Shown: positions 9,605-19,175 of the stretch, one piece after another
Numbering within the stretch: position 1 is the stretch's first letter
How the letters are laid out: every line of letters starts with the position of its first letter
Source of the DNA: a virus
Lineage: Duplodnaviria > Caudoviricetes
Reading direction: 5' to 3' (one strand)
IMG/VR virus record: IMGVR_UViG_3300032038_000003
Coordinates: 146,315-210,314 of that record
Length of the DNA stretch: 64,000 nucleotides
The notes under the pieces: generated by a model
Database searches by the model: none
The model's input: the letters and a program-made list of their open reading frames with translations, nothing else
Told to the model about the DNA's origin: nothing
Position numbers and translations under genes: made by a program

Positions 9605-10382
9605 TGATTATCGACCCCTTTACATAATGTCTTTTACCGTTCGAATCCATTACCCAATATGTTATACCATCAAGACCAGGTATTGATTCAAGAATCAGAC
9701 CGTCTCCATATAATTGTTTTCCTCCTCGTGTCATAGCGAGGTCATCATATCCAGTTACACCACTCAAATCAATTGAGGTTGCAGATTTCATTTGAAACTG
9801 TTCTTCAAGTGCATTTTTTGTAATCTGATTCGGTACACCAGTAGCAGTAATATCGTTATTCTTCTGAAATTCTTTTAATGCCTTTTGATATTGCTGTGTA
9901 CTGGAATTAGTATTTACGTCATAACCTAAAGCGATTAGCTTAATTAAAGTATCAGTATCTATATTAGTATTATTGTGTCTATCAATATTACGAGCTGTAG
10001 ATCCAAACCAATCTGTATTGTATAGATTAGTTTCTTCGTTTAGATTGTATCTGTTATTGCCAGATGTAATTGAGTTATCATAGTCACCATAAGGCTCAAC
10101 TGTAAATACTTGAGGAGCCTTATTTTTAATTGGAACGGTAAAAGTACCAGTAACGATACGATTACCGATAACTACATCGTCAAATGTTCTTGAATTGTAT
10201 CCATATACTGGTTTTAACTGTTCTTGGATTTCGTATTGTATGAAGCCAATTTCTGTTTGTTCTTCATCATCCATATAGATTTTAGTATCTGTACTTGAGT
10301 AATATTCTTCTCTATATAAATTGGCTTCTCTATGATCAACAGTTGGAGTATATGAATAATTAAATGAAGGATCTTTCGCCAT
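9597..10382 (-). CDS. N-terminal half of a tail-tube-like fold plus peptidoglycan-binding domain
   Basis: YYSSTD..IQYEIQEQLKPVYGYNSRTFDDVVIGNRIVTGTFTV parallels the tube N-terminus; LIALGY..ALKEFQKNNDITATG..TKNAL PG-binding motif. Confidence 0.6.
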   Translation of the reverse strand: MAKDPSFNYSYTPTVDHREANLYREEYYSSTDTKIYMDDEEQTEIGFIQYEIQEQLKPVYGYNSRTFDDVVIGNRIVTGTFTVPIKNKAPQVFTVEPYGDYDNSITSGNNRYNLNEETNLYNTDWFGSTARNIDRHNNTNIDTDTLIKLIALGYDVNTNSSTQQYQKALKEFQKNNDITATGVPNQITKNALEEQFQMKSATSIDLSGVTGYDDLAMTRGGKQLYGDGLILESIPGLDGITYWVMDSNGKRHYVKGSIING

Positions 10383-10388
10383 AATTCA

Positions 10389-12011
10389 TTACTCCTTTAC
10401 TTTAAAATGCCACTTGTATGGTGTACTACCATAAGGATATATAATATAATAAACATCCGTTGGAGTAAGATTCTGTGGATCATCTTTAAACATATCTTCA
10501 AACTCTGAAATAGAATGTGTTTGTGGTCCTTCAAAAACTAATACTTTAGAATCAGTCTTTGTATTACCGTTTTTATAAACAGACAAAACAGAATATTTCA
10601 CTTGTTGAGGATTATTATTAGTAATTGTACTTTCAAACTGATCCAAAGTCTGAAGGTCTGTTATATCATATATGCCAGGTTCTTTTGTTAATTGGACATC
10701 AGCATGATTAGAAATATAACCTCGATACATGGTATTTGTCTGAGATTCTAATATATTCCAAGTATAGTTATCACAAATACCAGTCTCCATTAAATCATTA
10801 TCTTGCTGAAATCTTTTTACATAGCTTTCCGTTTTTTCATCAAACGTTCCAGAAGTATAGTCTTGAAAATTAGGATACAAAGTAGAAAGTGCATTTTGTA
10901 ATACTGTTACTTGTGGACCGCTATCTGCATAACGAAGTTGTTCAAAAGTATAAGCATCTGCTGGATTATCAAGATAATTATATACATCATATAATGAAAT
11001 ATAACCATCTTGTGTCTGATAATAAGTTTCTAAGTTATTCATTACTTTATTAAAGACTTCGACAGATGCTAAATATGATAAAGTCTTTGTAATTGCAGAA
11101 TTGGAATCTGGAGATTTATAAATATATGCTCCAGACTTATTAATGACTTGTACGAACTTACTATCTACACCATGTTTAGTGTATTGTAATAATTTCGTAT
11201 AAACGCCATTATCTACAATACCATCTACGATTAATCCTTGCGTTGATTGAAAATCACGAACAGCTTGGTCAGTGATTCGATCAAATTTATATGTAATTGG
11301 AATGTCACGATCAAGAGCCATGTTTAATAATTGCTGTACGCCAGCAATATCACTGCCCATCATCGGACTGCCATTAGTAATCAAATATAATGTACGACTT
11401 AATGGTCGAATTTCATATTGACTATTTTCAATAGTAGCCTGTCTTTCTTGTTCGTCTACATAATAGTTTCTTAAAACACCAGTGCTTACTGTGTATAATG
11501 TCTTCTGTTTTTGATCAGAAGCAGTAATGATGTTTTCATCAAATACAGAGATTTCTCTTGCAACAAACTTAAATAAGTTTTCTGTAAATAAATCTTCTAC
11601 GGAGAGAGTTTGTGATTCATCAGTAAAGTCTACTCCATAAATGAACATACTACATGAACTACCATATTCGTTTGCAGATACGATCATAATGTCAAACAAT
11701 GGTAGTTCGTCAACTTTAAGCGTAGGATAATCCTGTAAATATGGTGCTTGGTCTTGTAATTCTCTTAGCCAATGTTTATTGATAAGAGTAAAAACCATAG
11801 TACCAGCATATATTCTTGAACCTCTGGTAATACCGTTAATATTAGTACGACCAATGTTGATTACTGGTACTTTATTTCTATACATGGAATAACTAATAGT
11901 AGTTAAAGAACCAATAACAATAGGCTTGAGTCCTGGAAACATTAAAAAGGCAATGGTATCTGTACCAGAGAAAGATTTATAAAACCTAGAAATAGACATA
12001 CCTTTATCCAT
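10389..12011 (-). CDS. Tail-tube-like protein fused to two PG-binding domains and an SH3-like domain
   Basis: SFSGTD..IGSLTTISYS..RGSRIYAGTMVF..ELPLFDI (tube paralogue); AVRDFQSTQGLIVDGIVD and VKRFQQDNDLMETGICD; SH3-like YQTQDGYIS. Confidence 0.7.
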   Translation of the reverse strand: MDKGMSISRFYKSFSGTDTIAFLMFPGLKPIVIGSLTTISYSMYRNKVPVINIGRTNINGITRGSRIYAGTMVFTLINKHWLRELQDQAPYLQDYPTLKVDELPLFDIMIVSANEYGSSCSMFIYGVDFTDESQTLSVEDLFTENLFKFVAREISVFDENIITASDQKQKTLYTVSTGVLRNYYVDEQERQATIENSQYEIRPLSRTLYLITNGSPMMGSDIAGVQQLLNMALDRDIPITYKFDRITDQAVRDFQSTQGLIVDGIVDNGVYTKLLQYTKHGVDSKFVQVINKSGAYIYKSPDSNSAITKTLSYLASVEVFNKVMNNLETYYQTQDGYISLYDVYNYLDNPADAYTFEQLRYADSGPQVTVLQNALSTLYPNFQDYTSGTFDEKTESYVKRFQQDNDLMETGICDNYTWNILESQTNTMYRGYISNHADVQLTKEPGIYDITDLQTLDQFESTITNNNPQQVKYSVLSVYKNGNTKTDSKVLVFEGPQTHSISEFEDMFKDDPQNLTPTDVYYIIYPYGSTPYKWHFKVKE

Positions 12012-12077
12012 TATATCTTTCTCTCCTTTCTTCTAAATTATAGCAAAGGATATTATTTAATACAAGAAATAAGAATG

Positions 12078-12107
12078 AACCCAGCAGCATTATAGCATAC
12101 TGGGTCC
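12078..12107 (-). terminator. Stem-loop downstream of the tail tube gene
   Basis: gaacccag...ctgggtcc inverted repeat, followed by a T-rich run on the minus strand. Confidence 0.45.
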
Positions 12108-12148
12108 ACCCTTATCTATTTTAAGCTATGATTAAATTAGATTCTTGA

Positions 12149-13078
12149 TTAGATAGTAACCATATTGGTATCGCTTGTAACGTCGTTAACAAGTTTACCA
12201 ATGATAGTACCGTTCTGATCACGAGTGTAAACACCACGGATCAATGGACTTAATCTACGAGCGATCCATGTTAACTGTCTGCTCATGATTACTGTATCAA
12301 CAGAAGCACCAGAGCTTTCGTTAAGGATATCAACATCGTAAATCTTCTGGAATGCAGTGTGTCCGTACTCAGAACCGAATGTAAGAGTAATATCGAATGG
12401 AGGTAATGTATCTGCATAGATTACATTCTGTCCACGGATTGGAGCGAAGCCAGCTGGAACATTGATTGTATCAGCTGCATTGTCATCCCATGCTCCTAAT
12501 CTCTGATCAACAAAGCCATTGGAATCAATGGTAGGTTTGTTGTTCGAACCCTTTGCTGTCTGAGCAGAAATTGGGTTGCTGTAAGAACCAGCACGACCAG
12601 TACCCTGTGAAGTAGCTGTATTCGAGAATGAGAATCCGTATCCAGCTCTGTCGTTTGTTGAAACTCCGTTTAAAGCATAGATAGGATTGTTAGCATCTGT
12701 CTGACCGTTTGCTGTATAGCTAACAGTCTGGTTCCACTTAATCATGTCCATAGCGTTTGTGAAATCTTCTGAACGAGATAACACATTGTTTGCAGCAGCA
12801 GTAAACATAGCTGAAGGAGCGATGTCTTGCCATACTGTCTGTAAAGCCTCTACTAAAGAATCATGATCGAAAACTGCGAATACCATAGATCCAGCGATAC
12901 CACGTTTTCCACGAGAGAAAGAACGAGCATCAGCAGAACCACAAGTAAACACAGGAGCTTTATCTCTTTGTACAGCCCATGAAATTTGCTGTAACTCACC
13001 AATGGCTTTATTAGCGAACGTAGCAACAAGGTCTGCACCAGAAAAACTAGTTAATGTGCTAATTGTTGGACTTGCCAT
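12149..13078 (-). CDS. Tail tube protein
   Basis: Directly downstream of the sheath gene; strong AAGGAGG RBS; SFSGADL..IGELQQISW..RSFSRGKRGIAGSMVF..LPPFDITLTF pattern. Confidence 0.8.
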   Translation of the reverse strand: MASPTISTLTSFSGADLVATFANKAIGELQQISWAVQRDKAPVFTCGSADARSFSRGKRGIAGSMVFAVFDHDSLVEALQTVWQDIAPSAMFTAAANNVLSRSEDFTNAMDMIKWNQTVSYTANGQTDANNPIYALNGVSTNDRAGYGFSFSNTATSQGTGRAGSYSNPISAQTAKGSNNKPTIDSNGFVDQRLGAWDDNAADTINVPAGFAPIRGQNVIYADTLPPFDITLTFGSEYGHTAFQKIYDVDILNESSGASVDTVIMSRQLTWIARRLSPLIRGVYTRDQNGTIIGKLVNDVTSDTNMVTI

Positions 13079-13154
13079 ATCTTTTTCCTCCTTAAATTAT
13101 TTTATCAATTCCTGGATGGCTGTTATACCACCCAGGATGCTTCATTTACAGTTC

Positions 13155-15839
13155 TTATTCAGCTGCTCTAAGAGCGACTACAGTAGTGATCTTCTTTAAT
13201 GTCATTGCTGGGATGATTGTAAGTGCGATACTTGCTTCACCCAGTAACTGCTGCTGAATGGTTGCACTTACTTCGAACTCGTAACTCTGGATTTCTCCAA
13301 GCTCAACCAACTTAGCTAATCTCTTAGAGATTAAAGCTGAAAGAGCGTTACGCTGTTCAACAGTATTCTGCTCACCAATGAATGGATCAGCAACCTGTCT
13401 GATGTTATCAACTACGTCGGTAACAACCTTAACGATAGCGATATCAGAGTAGTCACATCCAGGAGCACCAGAAGTTACACCGTCAACTACATAAGGAGTA
13501 GAAGAAGCAGTAGCCATGCCTTCATTCTTAAGCTTGAAGCAAACCATTCTGTTACCGATAAGAGCGTCCATCTGCTTGTTAGAGAATTTGAACTTAATAC
13601 CGTTAACATTGCGGATTGCCTTGTTAAGAGGAGAAGACTGAGGCTGTAATACAGCGTTGAGGGCTGCATAAGCGATAGCTGGTGAACCATAGTATGTTCC
13701 AAGAACATCAGAGTTCATAACTACCTCTGGACCAACAACAACTGATGTATACCAGCCAATGTCCATAGGTTTGTTATCTGCGTCGTAGATAACTTCGCCA
13801 TTCTGATCTACCATGTAGTAGAGGTTTGGATGCTTGCTGATTAACTTAGCAACATAAGCATCGATACCAACGAGTGTAGTGTTGCTGTTTGGCTTAACAT
13901 CGATGAAACCATGAGTCATCTTGGTTCTGTATGTTAATACTGCACAAACAAGTGCTAATTCTCTCTGGAAGTCAGAGTAAGGATTAACCGTCTGAACAGA
14001 GTCAGCATATACACCAGCTGGATAGATATAATCTACGTTGTAGTTCTCAAGAATCTGGTAAGCACCTTGAGTCTTAAGGTAGCCAATCATTTCCTCTGTA
14101 ACGATAGCGTCAGAGTATTCAGATACAGGCTGGCCTACATCGTCGATTGTATATCTTGCACCAGAAAGAGCGATGAACATTTCGTTAGCTGAAGGCTTAA
14201 GTCCATCTTCACCACCATCTGAAAGTTTCTTAGGTCCAACAGCAACGAGCTGGTCAAGAGTATCTGAACTTTCACCCTTAACGATTTCAACCTCAAACAT
14301 GTTAAGGTTGTTAATATCGTTCTGCATTGCAAGAATAAGATCGTCAACAGTTGGATAGTACTTAGAAGAGTAAGAGTAAGTCTTTGCAACTTTCTCTTTA
14401 GGTCTTGTAAATACGATTTCGGTATAAGTCTTACCGTCTTCAGAATCTACAACCTTCTTAACCTCAACACTGCCCTCTTTGTATACAGAGCCACCCCACT
14501 GAGATTTAATCTTCAGTTCAAGGTCTGATACGATAGGCTTCATATATGTATATGTTGCCTTGATAACACCACCAACTGGTAATCCAACTGAATCCTTAAC
14601 AACAAGAGAGTTGCCCTGGACTTCAAACTTGGTGTTGTAATCGCTTGTAGGGTCATCGTTTACAGTAAAGCTTGTAGAAGTTCCAGTAATGTTATCTGTA
14701 ACGGTAATGAGCTTAAGAGCTGCATCTTTCTTTCCTTCTAAAGCTGCTAAGCTTAAAGAAGACTCAGGTACATTGTCATTAAATGTTGTATGGAATGATC
14801 TGTTAACATCAACTAATCTATAAGGATAGTAAGTTAATGTGAAAGTATCACCGTTTGCGATACCAGCTGGAGCAGTAGTGAACTCAACAGTATACTTAGT
14901 TCCATCAGCACTTAATGTACCTGTGTATGTAGAAGGATCAATAGCACCAGAACTATTGGCAAGTTTGAAACCATCTGCATTGTAATCTGCACCGATTACT
15001 GGTAACAAATCAAGAGTGTCGTGATCATTTACTGTAAAGTTCTGAACTCCAGATGTAAGTGCAATAGAAAGATCGAACTCAATACTGAAAGTATTTTCAG
15101 TTGTATCTTCAACTGCTTGACCAGGATCAGAAATGTGACTTACAAAATCATTATCCTTATACTTCTCTTTGTCACCAAGAAAATTGAATCCCTTACATTT
15201 AACAGAGATATCAGAAACCATAGGATATACATTCTCTTTGATACTAAAACCTTGATATGGGTTCCAAGTGATTTTATCACTGTTTGTTCCAAGCCCTACA
15301 GCGACTCCATCAATAGTCATAGTAATGTTTGGATCGCTTTCACTATAAGCTTTAGAAACGATGATTTTCTCTGGAATTGTTCCATCATCACCAGCTTGTG
15401 GGTTGGTGAAATCATAACTGAATGCAGGATTACCAAGAATATGACCATCGTTTGCGTCTTCTGCTGGAACGATGCTCTCAGTAACTTGTTCTTCAGCAAT
15501 TTGCTGCTCGCCATAGATAGTTGTATAAGCCTGTGAACCAGTGACCCTCATACAACGAACATCATCGAAACCGTTTTTGAATGCTTGTTTTGCGTATTTA
15601 GTAAGAGTAGCACCGTTAGGATAACCAGCTTCGTTAACTTCTTTACCAAATACCTGGGATACAGTAACAGCATCAATCTTAACAGGCTCATTGATAGGAC
15701 CATCAGTAGCAGTACCAAGAATTAATAAACTCTTAGTAGAACTTGTGTCTGTTGATTTGGTTGTTAACTGTAATCCGCCGTCCTTGAACTCTACAAGATG
15801 TCCAGGGAGATTAGAGTATAAATTTGTTACAGCCATCAA
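13155..15839 (-). CDS. Contractile tail sheath protein (894 aa, large inserted beta domains)
   Basis: LILGTATDGPINEPVKI N-terminus; C-terminal VVDGVT..IAIVKVVTDVVDNIRQVADPFIGEQNTVEQRNAL sheath motif. Confidence 0.88.
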   Translation of the reverse strand: MMAVTNLYSNLPGHLVEFKDGGLQLTTKSTDTSSTKSLLILGTATDGPINEPVKIDAVTVSQVFGKEVNEAGYPNGATLTKYAKQAFKNGFDDVRCMRVTGSQAYTTIYGEQQIAEEQVTESIVPAEDANDGHILGNPAFSYDFTNPQAGDDGTIPEKIIVSKAYSESDPNITMTIDGVAVGLGTNSDKITWNPYQGFSIKENVYPMVSDISVKCKGFNFLGDKEKYKDNDFVSHISDPGQAVEDTTENTFSIEFDLSIALTSGVQNFTVNDHDTLDLLPVIGADYNADGFKLANSSGAIDPSTYTGTLSADGTKYTVEFTTAPAGIANGDTFTLTYYPYRLVDVNRSFHTTFNDNVPESSLSLAALEGKKDAALKLITVTDNITGTSTSFTVNDDPTSDYNTKFEVQGNSLVVKDSVGLPVGGVIKATYTYMKPIVSDLELKIKSQWGGSVYKEGSVEVKKVVDSEDGKTYTEIVFTRPKEKVAKTYSYSSKYYPTVDDLILAMQNDINNLNMFEVEIVKGESSDTLDQLVAVGPKKLSDGGEDGLKPSANEMFIALSGARYTIDDVGQPVSEYSDAIVTEEMIGYLKTQGAYQILENYNVDYIYPAGVYADSVQTVNPYSDFQRELALVCAVLTYRTKMTHGFIDVKPNSNTTLVGIDAYVAKLISKHPNLYYMVDQNGEVIYDADNKPMDIGWYTSVVVGPEVVMNSDVLGTYYGSPAIAYAALNAVLQPQSSPLNKAIRNVNGIKFKFSNKQMDALIGNRMVCFKLKNEGMATASSTPYVVDGVTSGAPGCDYSDIAIVKVVTDVVDNIRQVADPFIGEQNTVEQRNALSALISKRLAKLVELGEIQSYEFEVSATIQQQLLGEASIALTIIPAMTLKKITTVVALRAAE

Positions 15840-15856
15840 TTTTTCCTCCTTTATGA

Positions 15857-16693
15857 TTATTTGTAAGTTATTCCGTTGTCTCCATCAAAGAAATCTAATT
15901 CAATCATATCTTTTTCTTCTTTTGATTCTAGCAACGTTTTAACTTCTGTAGAAGTGACTTGATTAGCACCAATTTTAGCATTGATTTTATTGATTGTGCT
16001 TACCTTGATAGGAGTCACACATTCAAACCTTACATAATATAATATACATCGCATAGGGGTGTTTTCGCTAAAGTTTAAAGAACTTTTTGGAGAAATTTCT
16101 CGCAAGAAGAAAATTTCAGCCAACCCCTTACGTTTAAGGTATCCAGAATAGACCATTATAAGATTCTCAAAACGTTGAAGTAGCTCTCTACATTCTTTAT
16201 TGTTTTGAGCGTAAATATCGAACTCGATATTTGCGTCGAACCACTGTCTATACATTAAATAAGACTCACCAGTCTCATTTCCTTCTCCGTCCTTTTCTAT
16301 TTGGACATCCATAAGAACTGGTTTTAATGGAAAGCCGTCTGTGATATCTCTGGTATTAACATCTACAAGGATTTGGGGAAGGACAATTTTAGAACTGTCC
16401 TCCCCATTTTTAATGTCCATTGAAAGTTCGCCCCATTCATTGCCCCATGCAGCATTACATAGCTCCTTAAGGATTCGAGCTAAGTCTTCAACATTAGAGA
16501 TGTTTCCATCTGCTTTGTTATAATAACTTACTTCATGATCAGTACCCATGACTGTCTCTTTAACATGAACACGAGCACCGTCATCCTTAAAGACTTTTGT
16601 GTTACCAGAGATAATAGCTTGAGAAGCATTCTCATGATCGTTTAAGTCTTTAAAATAGTTATTGTAAATTTCTTCGTTAGATAAATTACTCAT
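15857..16693 (-). CDS. Tail completion/terminator-like protein
   Basis: Directly upstream of the sheath; QWFDANIEFDIYAQNNKECRELLQRFENLI pattern. Confidence 0.55.
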   Translation of the reverse strand: MSNLSNEEIYNNYFKDLNDHENASQAIISGNTKVFKDDGARVHVKETVMGTDHEVSYYNKADGNISNVEDLARILKELCNAAWGNEWGELSMDIKNGEDSSKIVLPQILVDVNTRDITDGFPLKPVLMDVQIEKDGEGNETGESYLMYRQWFDANIEFDIYAQNNKECRELLQRFENLIMVYSGYLKRKGLAEIFFLREISPKSSLNFSENTPMRCILYYVRFECVTPIKVSTINKINAKIGANQVTSTEVKTLLESKEEKDMIELDFFDGDNGITYK

Positions 16694-16842
16694 ATGCTAC
16701 TTTCTCCACCTTTATCGTAAAAAACATTCATAAAAACATTCATAATAGAAGCAATTAGTGCAAATCCAAACGTTGATATAAAGATTAGCTCACCTAGTCC
16801 AAATATAAAGCCAAACAAGCAAATTAATATACCAACAAGCAT
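16690..16842 (-). CDS. 50-aa hydrophobic membrane peptide (MLVGILICLFGFIFGLGELIFISTFGFALIASIMNVFMNVFYDKGGESSI)
   Basis: GAAGGTG RBS; ATGA overlap with the next gene; below the ORF-track cutoff; contains a 12-bp tandem duplication. Confidence 0.6.
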   Translation of the reverse strand: MLVGILICLFGFIFGLGELIFISTFGFALIASIMNVFMNVFYDKGGESSI

Positions 16843-16858
16843 AGTTAACACCTTCTTT

Positions 16859-16987
16859 TTATACTTTGGTTACATAATCAAGCGAGATCCAACCTACGCC
16901 CGATTTTAACTTGCCCCATTTAGTAGCACCCTTTCCATCAGCTTCTTCAACTATAGTATAAACGTTAGGTTCGATAAAACCACCTAT
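16859..16987 (-). pseudogene. Start-less remnant of an endolysin C-terminal SH3-like cell-wall-binding domain
   Basis: Reads IGGFIEPNVYTIVEEADGKGATKWGKLKSGVGWISLDYVTKV*; in-frame stop just upstream; no start codon or RBS. Confidence 0.7.
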
Positions 16988-18594
16988 TCTTCGGCATTAA
17001 TATTAATTACCGAGTTTATTTTTAAAGATTTAGTCATATAATTAGTTAATATATCGAGATTAACGATTAATGTACCCTCTCGATAATTAGGTTCAAGGCT
17101 ATATTTGTAGTTCGTAATAACATTCTTCGATTCAAGAATACTAAGAATGTTATCTATATTATTATGAATAATATCTATATTATTATGAATAATACGTTTT
17201 TCTATTAAATTTCGTAAATTCAATCCTATATAGAATTGGAACAAACGATTTAAATAAGAAATACACATTTGTATCATACGTACATTACAATATAGCTTTA
17301 GCTGTGAATCTTCTCTTGTAACTGTTGTAATTCCGTCATATACAACGACAGAGTTATATAATGGGCTATGTCTAAAAGTTACAATACCATGTGATGCAAG
17401 ATCTGCTAATACCTCTTCAGAAAATTCATTATATAATCTAATGTTATCTGATACTGGAATATTAGTATTACCAACATTTACTTGTATGGATGCATTGAAT
17501 GCTCCATATGCAAGATAACCATTATCAATAATGATATTCTTATTATAACCAATGTCTCCAGCAACACAAGAGACCAAAAAGCTGTATGCTGGATTAGTAC
17601 ACATATGCCTATTGTATTCAAGGCAATGTTTAAACATTTCAGCAACATCATCTGATTCGTATAAATAATCAGTCGTATATGAATTTACTGGGTTAAAACC
17701 CAATATACCAGTAGTGACACAGCCAAAATTTAACTGTTTCATGCAAAATTCGATTAGCTGATTCATAAATGAACGTGGATTACCAAGAGTGTCTGGGGTA
17801 AGATAATCTTTAGTAGATTGGTAATATTTCATGTTATATTGCCATTGATCATCTTCAGAATCATCTGGATACAAATCATCCAGAAAGGCATCTACTGGAA
17901 TAACTATATCTATTGGAAGTGATTCAAGAATATCGTAAGTTCGATTAAGGCAAGTATACAATAAATTCTTTGTATATCCAAGACCACATTGTCCACCATA
18001 TAAAGATACTATGTCTGGATTGCATACATAAAAAGCATCTTTTGTACGTGTACTTGGGTCTACCATATAGTTTGCATTAATAAAACTACGTTTATTCTTA
18101 GTATCTTTATTAATGGCATTAGCAAGTAATTCTATCGTATAATACTCATTGAAATCATAGGTTAATCTATGTTCTGGTACATTTAAATCGTCTGGAAATA
18201 CAATAGTCATAGAGTCGATATCGATTTCTATTTTAACATCATTATATAATTCATTCGATTCTGAAGCCATTAAGATAAATGCATTGCTAATGATTTCTTC
18301 ATCTATGATATTTACGTTAAGATACGCTATTGCATGTTCTCCAGTTGTTTTAACAAGATACACTTCATTATCTTGAGTAGTATATTTTACTGCATGAAAG
18401 GCATCTATAAGAGTACCAGTTTTGCCAAACTTATTATACAAACCTACTGTAGATTTAATTCTTACAGGTTCATTTGTAGGACCATATTCTGCTGAACCAA
18501 TTAAATACAGTTTTTTACCATGAAGTTTATCATTCATAATGGTCTGTATTAAGGTTCTCAGTTGCGAATTTAAGGTTGCAATTTCGCTGGCCAT
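16984..18594 (-). CDS. Second, divergent tail-sheath-like protein
   Basis: LIGSAEYGPTNEPVRI parallels the sheath N-terminus; VVVYDGIT..NVRMIQ..FYIG C-terminal motif. Confidence 0.7.
   Translation of the reverse strand: MASEIATLNSQLRTLIQTIMNDKLHGKKLYLIGSAEYGPTNEPVRIKSTVGLYNKFGKTGTLIDAFHAVKYTTQDNEVYLVKTTGEHAIAYLNVNIIDEEIISNAFILMASESNELYNDVKIEIDIDSMTIVFPDDLNVPEHRLTYDFNEYYTIELLANAINKDTKNKRSFINANYMVDPSTRTKDAFYVCNPDIVSLYGGQCGLGYTKNLLYTCLNRTYDILESLPIDIVIPVDAFLDDLYPDDSEDDQWQYNMKYYQSTKDYLTPDTLGNPRSFMNQLIEFCMKQLNFGCVTTGILGFNPVNSYTTDYLYESDDVAEMFKHCLEYNRHMCTNPAYSFLVSCVAGDIGYNKNIIIDNGYLAYGAFNASIQVNVGNTNIPVSDNIRLYNEFSEEVLADLASHGIVTFRHSPLYNSVVVYDGITTVTREDSQLKLYCNVRMIQMCISYLNRLFQFYIGLNLRNLIEKRIIHNNIDIIHNNIDNILSILESKNVITNYKYSLEPNYREGTLIVNLDILTNYMTKSLKINSVININAEE
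17151..17192. repeat. Perfect in-frame 21-bp tandem duplication (IHNNIDI/IHNNIDN)
   Basis: tatctatattattatgaataa x2. Confidence 0.9.
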
Positions 18595-19166
18595 ATATAT
18601 TTACCTCCTTTCAGTAATTCTTGTATTGCTTTGTGAGGTAAAGATTTAATGGTCTTAGTAAAAGCATCCACTAAATCTGTTCTATTATTTGTAAGACAAG
18701 CAAAAAATTCTGTTCTGCCATTATCTCCACGAGTATCCCATATATTGATCAGCTCTAATACTTTAACTACATCAACTGGGTTTTGATCTTTATCCCAGGT
18801 TACTTTAATAACGAAATCTCTTTCTTTTGGAGTATATTTATGTTTAATGTAATAGATTTCGTTTTTCTGATCAGTAACACCGATTTTAAGTTTATCTATA
18901 CTATTATTAGAAGAATATGGTGAGTTACTTGATTCAATTGCTGGTATCATCTGAATAGAATTAAAGTATCCAGATCCATGACAATACGGACATTTCGAAT
19001 CTCCAGTTTTATTAAGGTCATCAAAGCATTTGCATTTAACGAATTTATTGTTTCTTACATAAAGCACATTAATCCCAAATTCTTCAGTGAGAATTTGGGT
19101 TTCATGTCGCAGATCAATATCTACGTTACGAAATTCAGTTCCAACTTTATCAGAAAATTTATACAT
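18570..19166 (-). CDS. Neck/head-closure-like protein with a Zn-binding motif
   Basis: CKC..CPYCHGSGY; DTRGDNGRTEFF; position between adaptor-like and sheath genes. Confidence 0.55.
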   Translation of the reverse strand: MYKFSDKVGTEFRNVDIDLRHETQILTEEFGINVLYVRNNKFVKCKCFDDLNKTGDSKCPYCHGSGYFNSIQMIPAIESSNSPYSSNNSIDKLKIGVTDQKNEIYYIKHKYTPKERDFVIKVTWDKDQNPVDVVKVLELINIWDTRGDNGRTEFFACLTNNRTDLVDAFTKTIKSLPHKAIQELLKGGKYIWPAKLQP

Positions 19167-19175
19167 TCAATCACC

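Noticed and set aside
16975-17000. Frameshift fusion of the sheath-like protein to the SH3-like fragment
   Set aside because: The shift would have to occur within ~10 nt (GCC GAA GAA) that has no slippery heptamer; possible but unsupported
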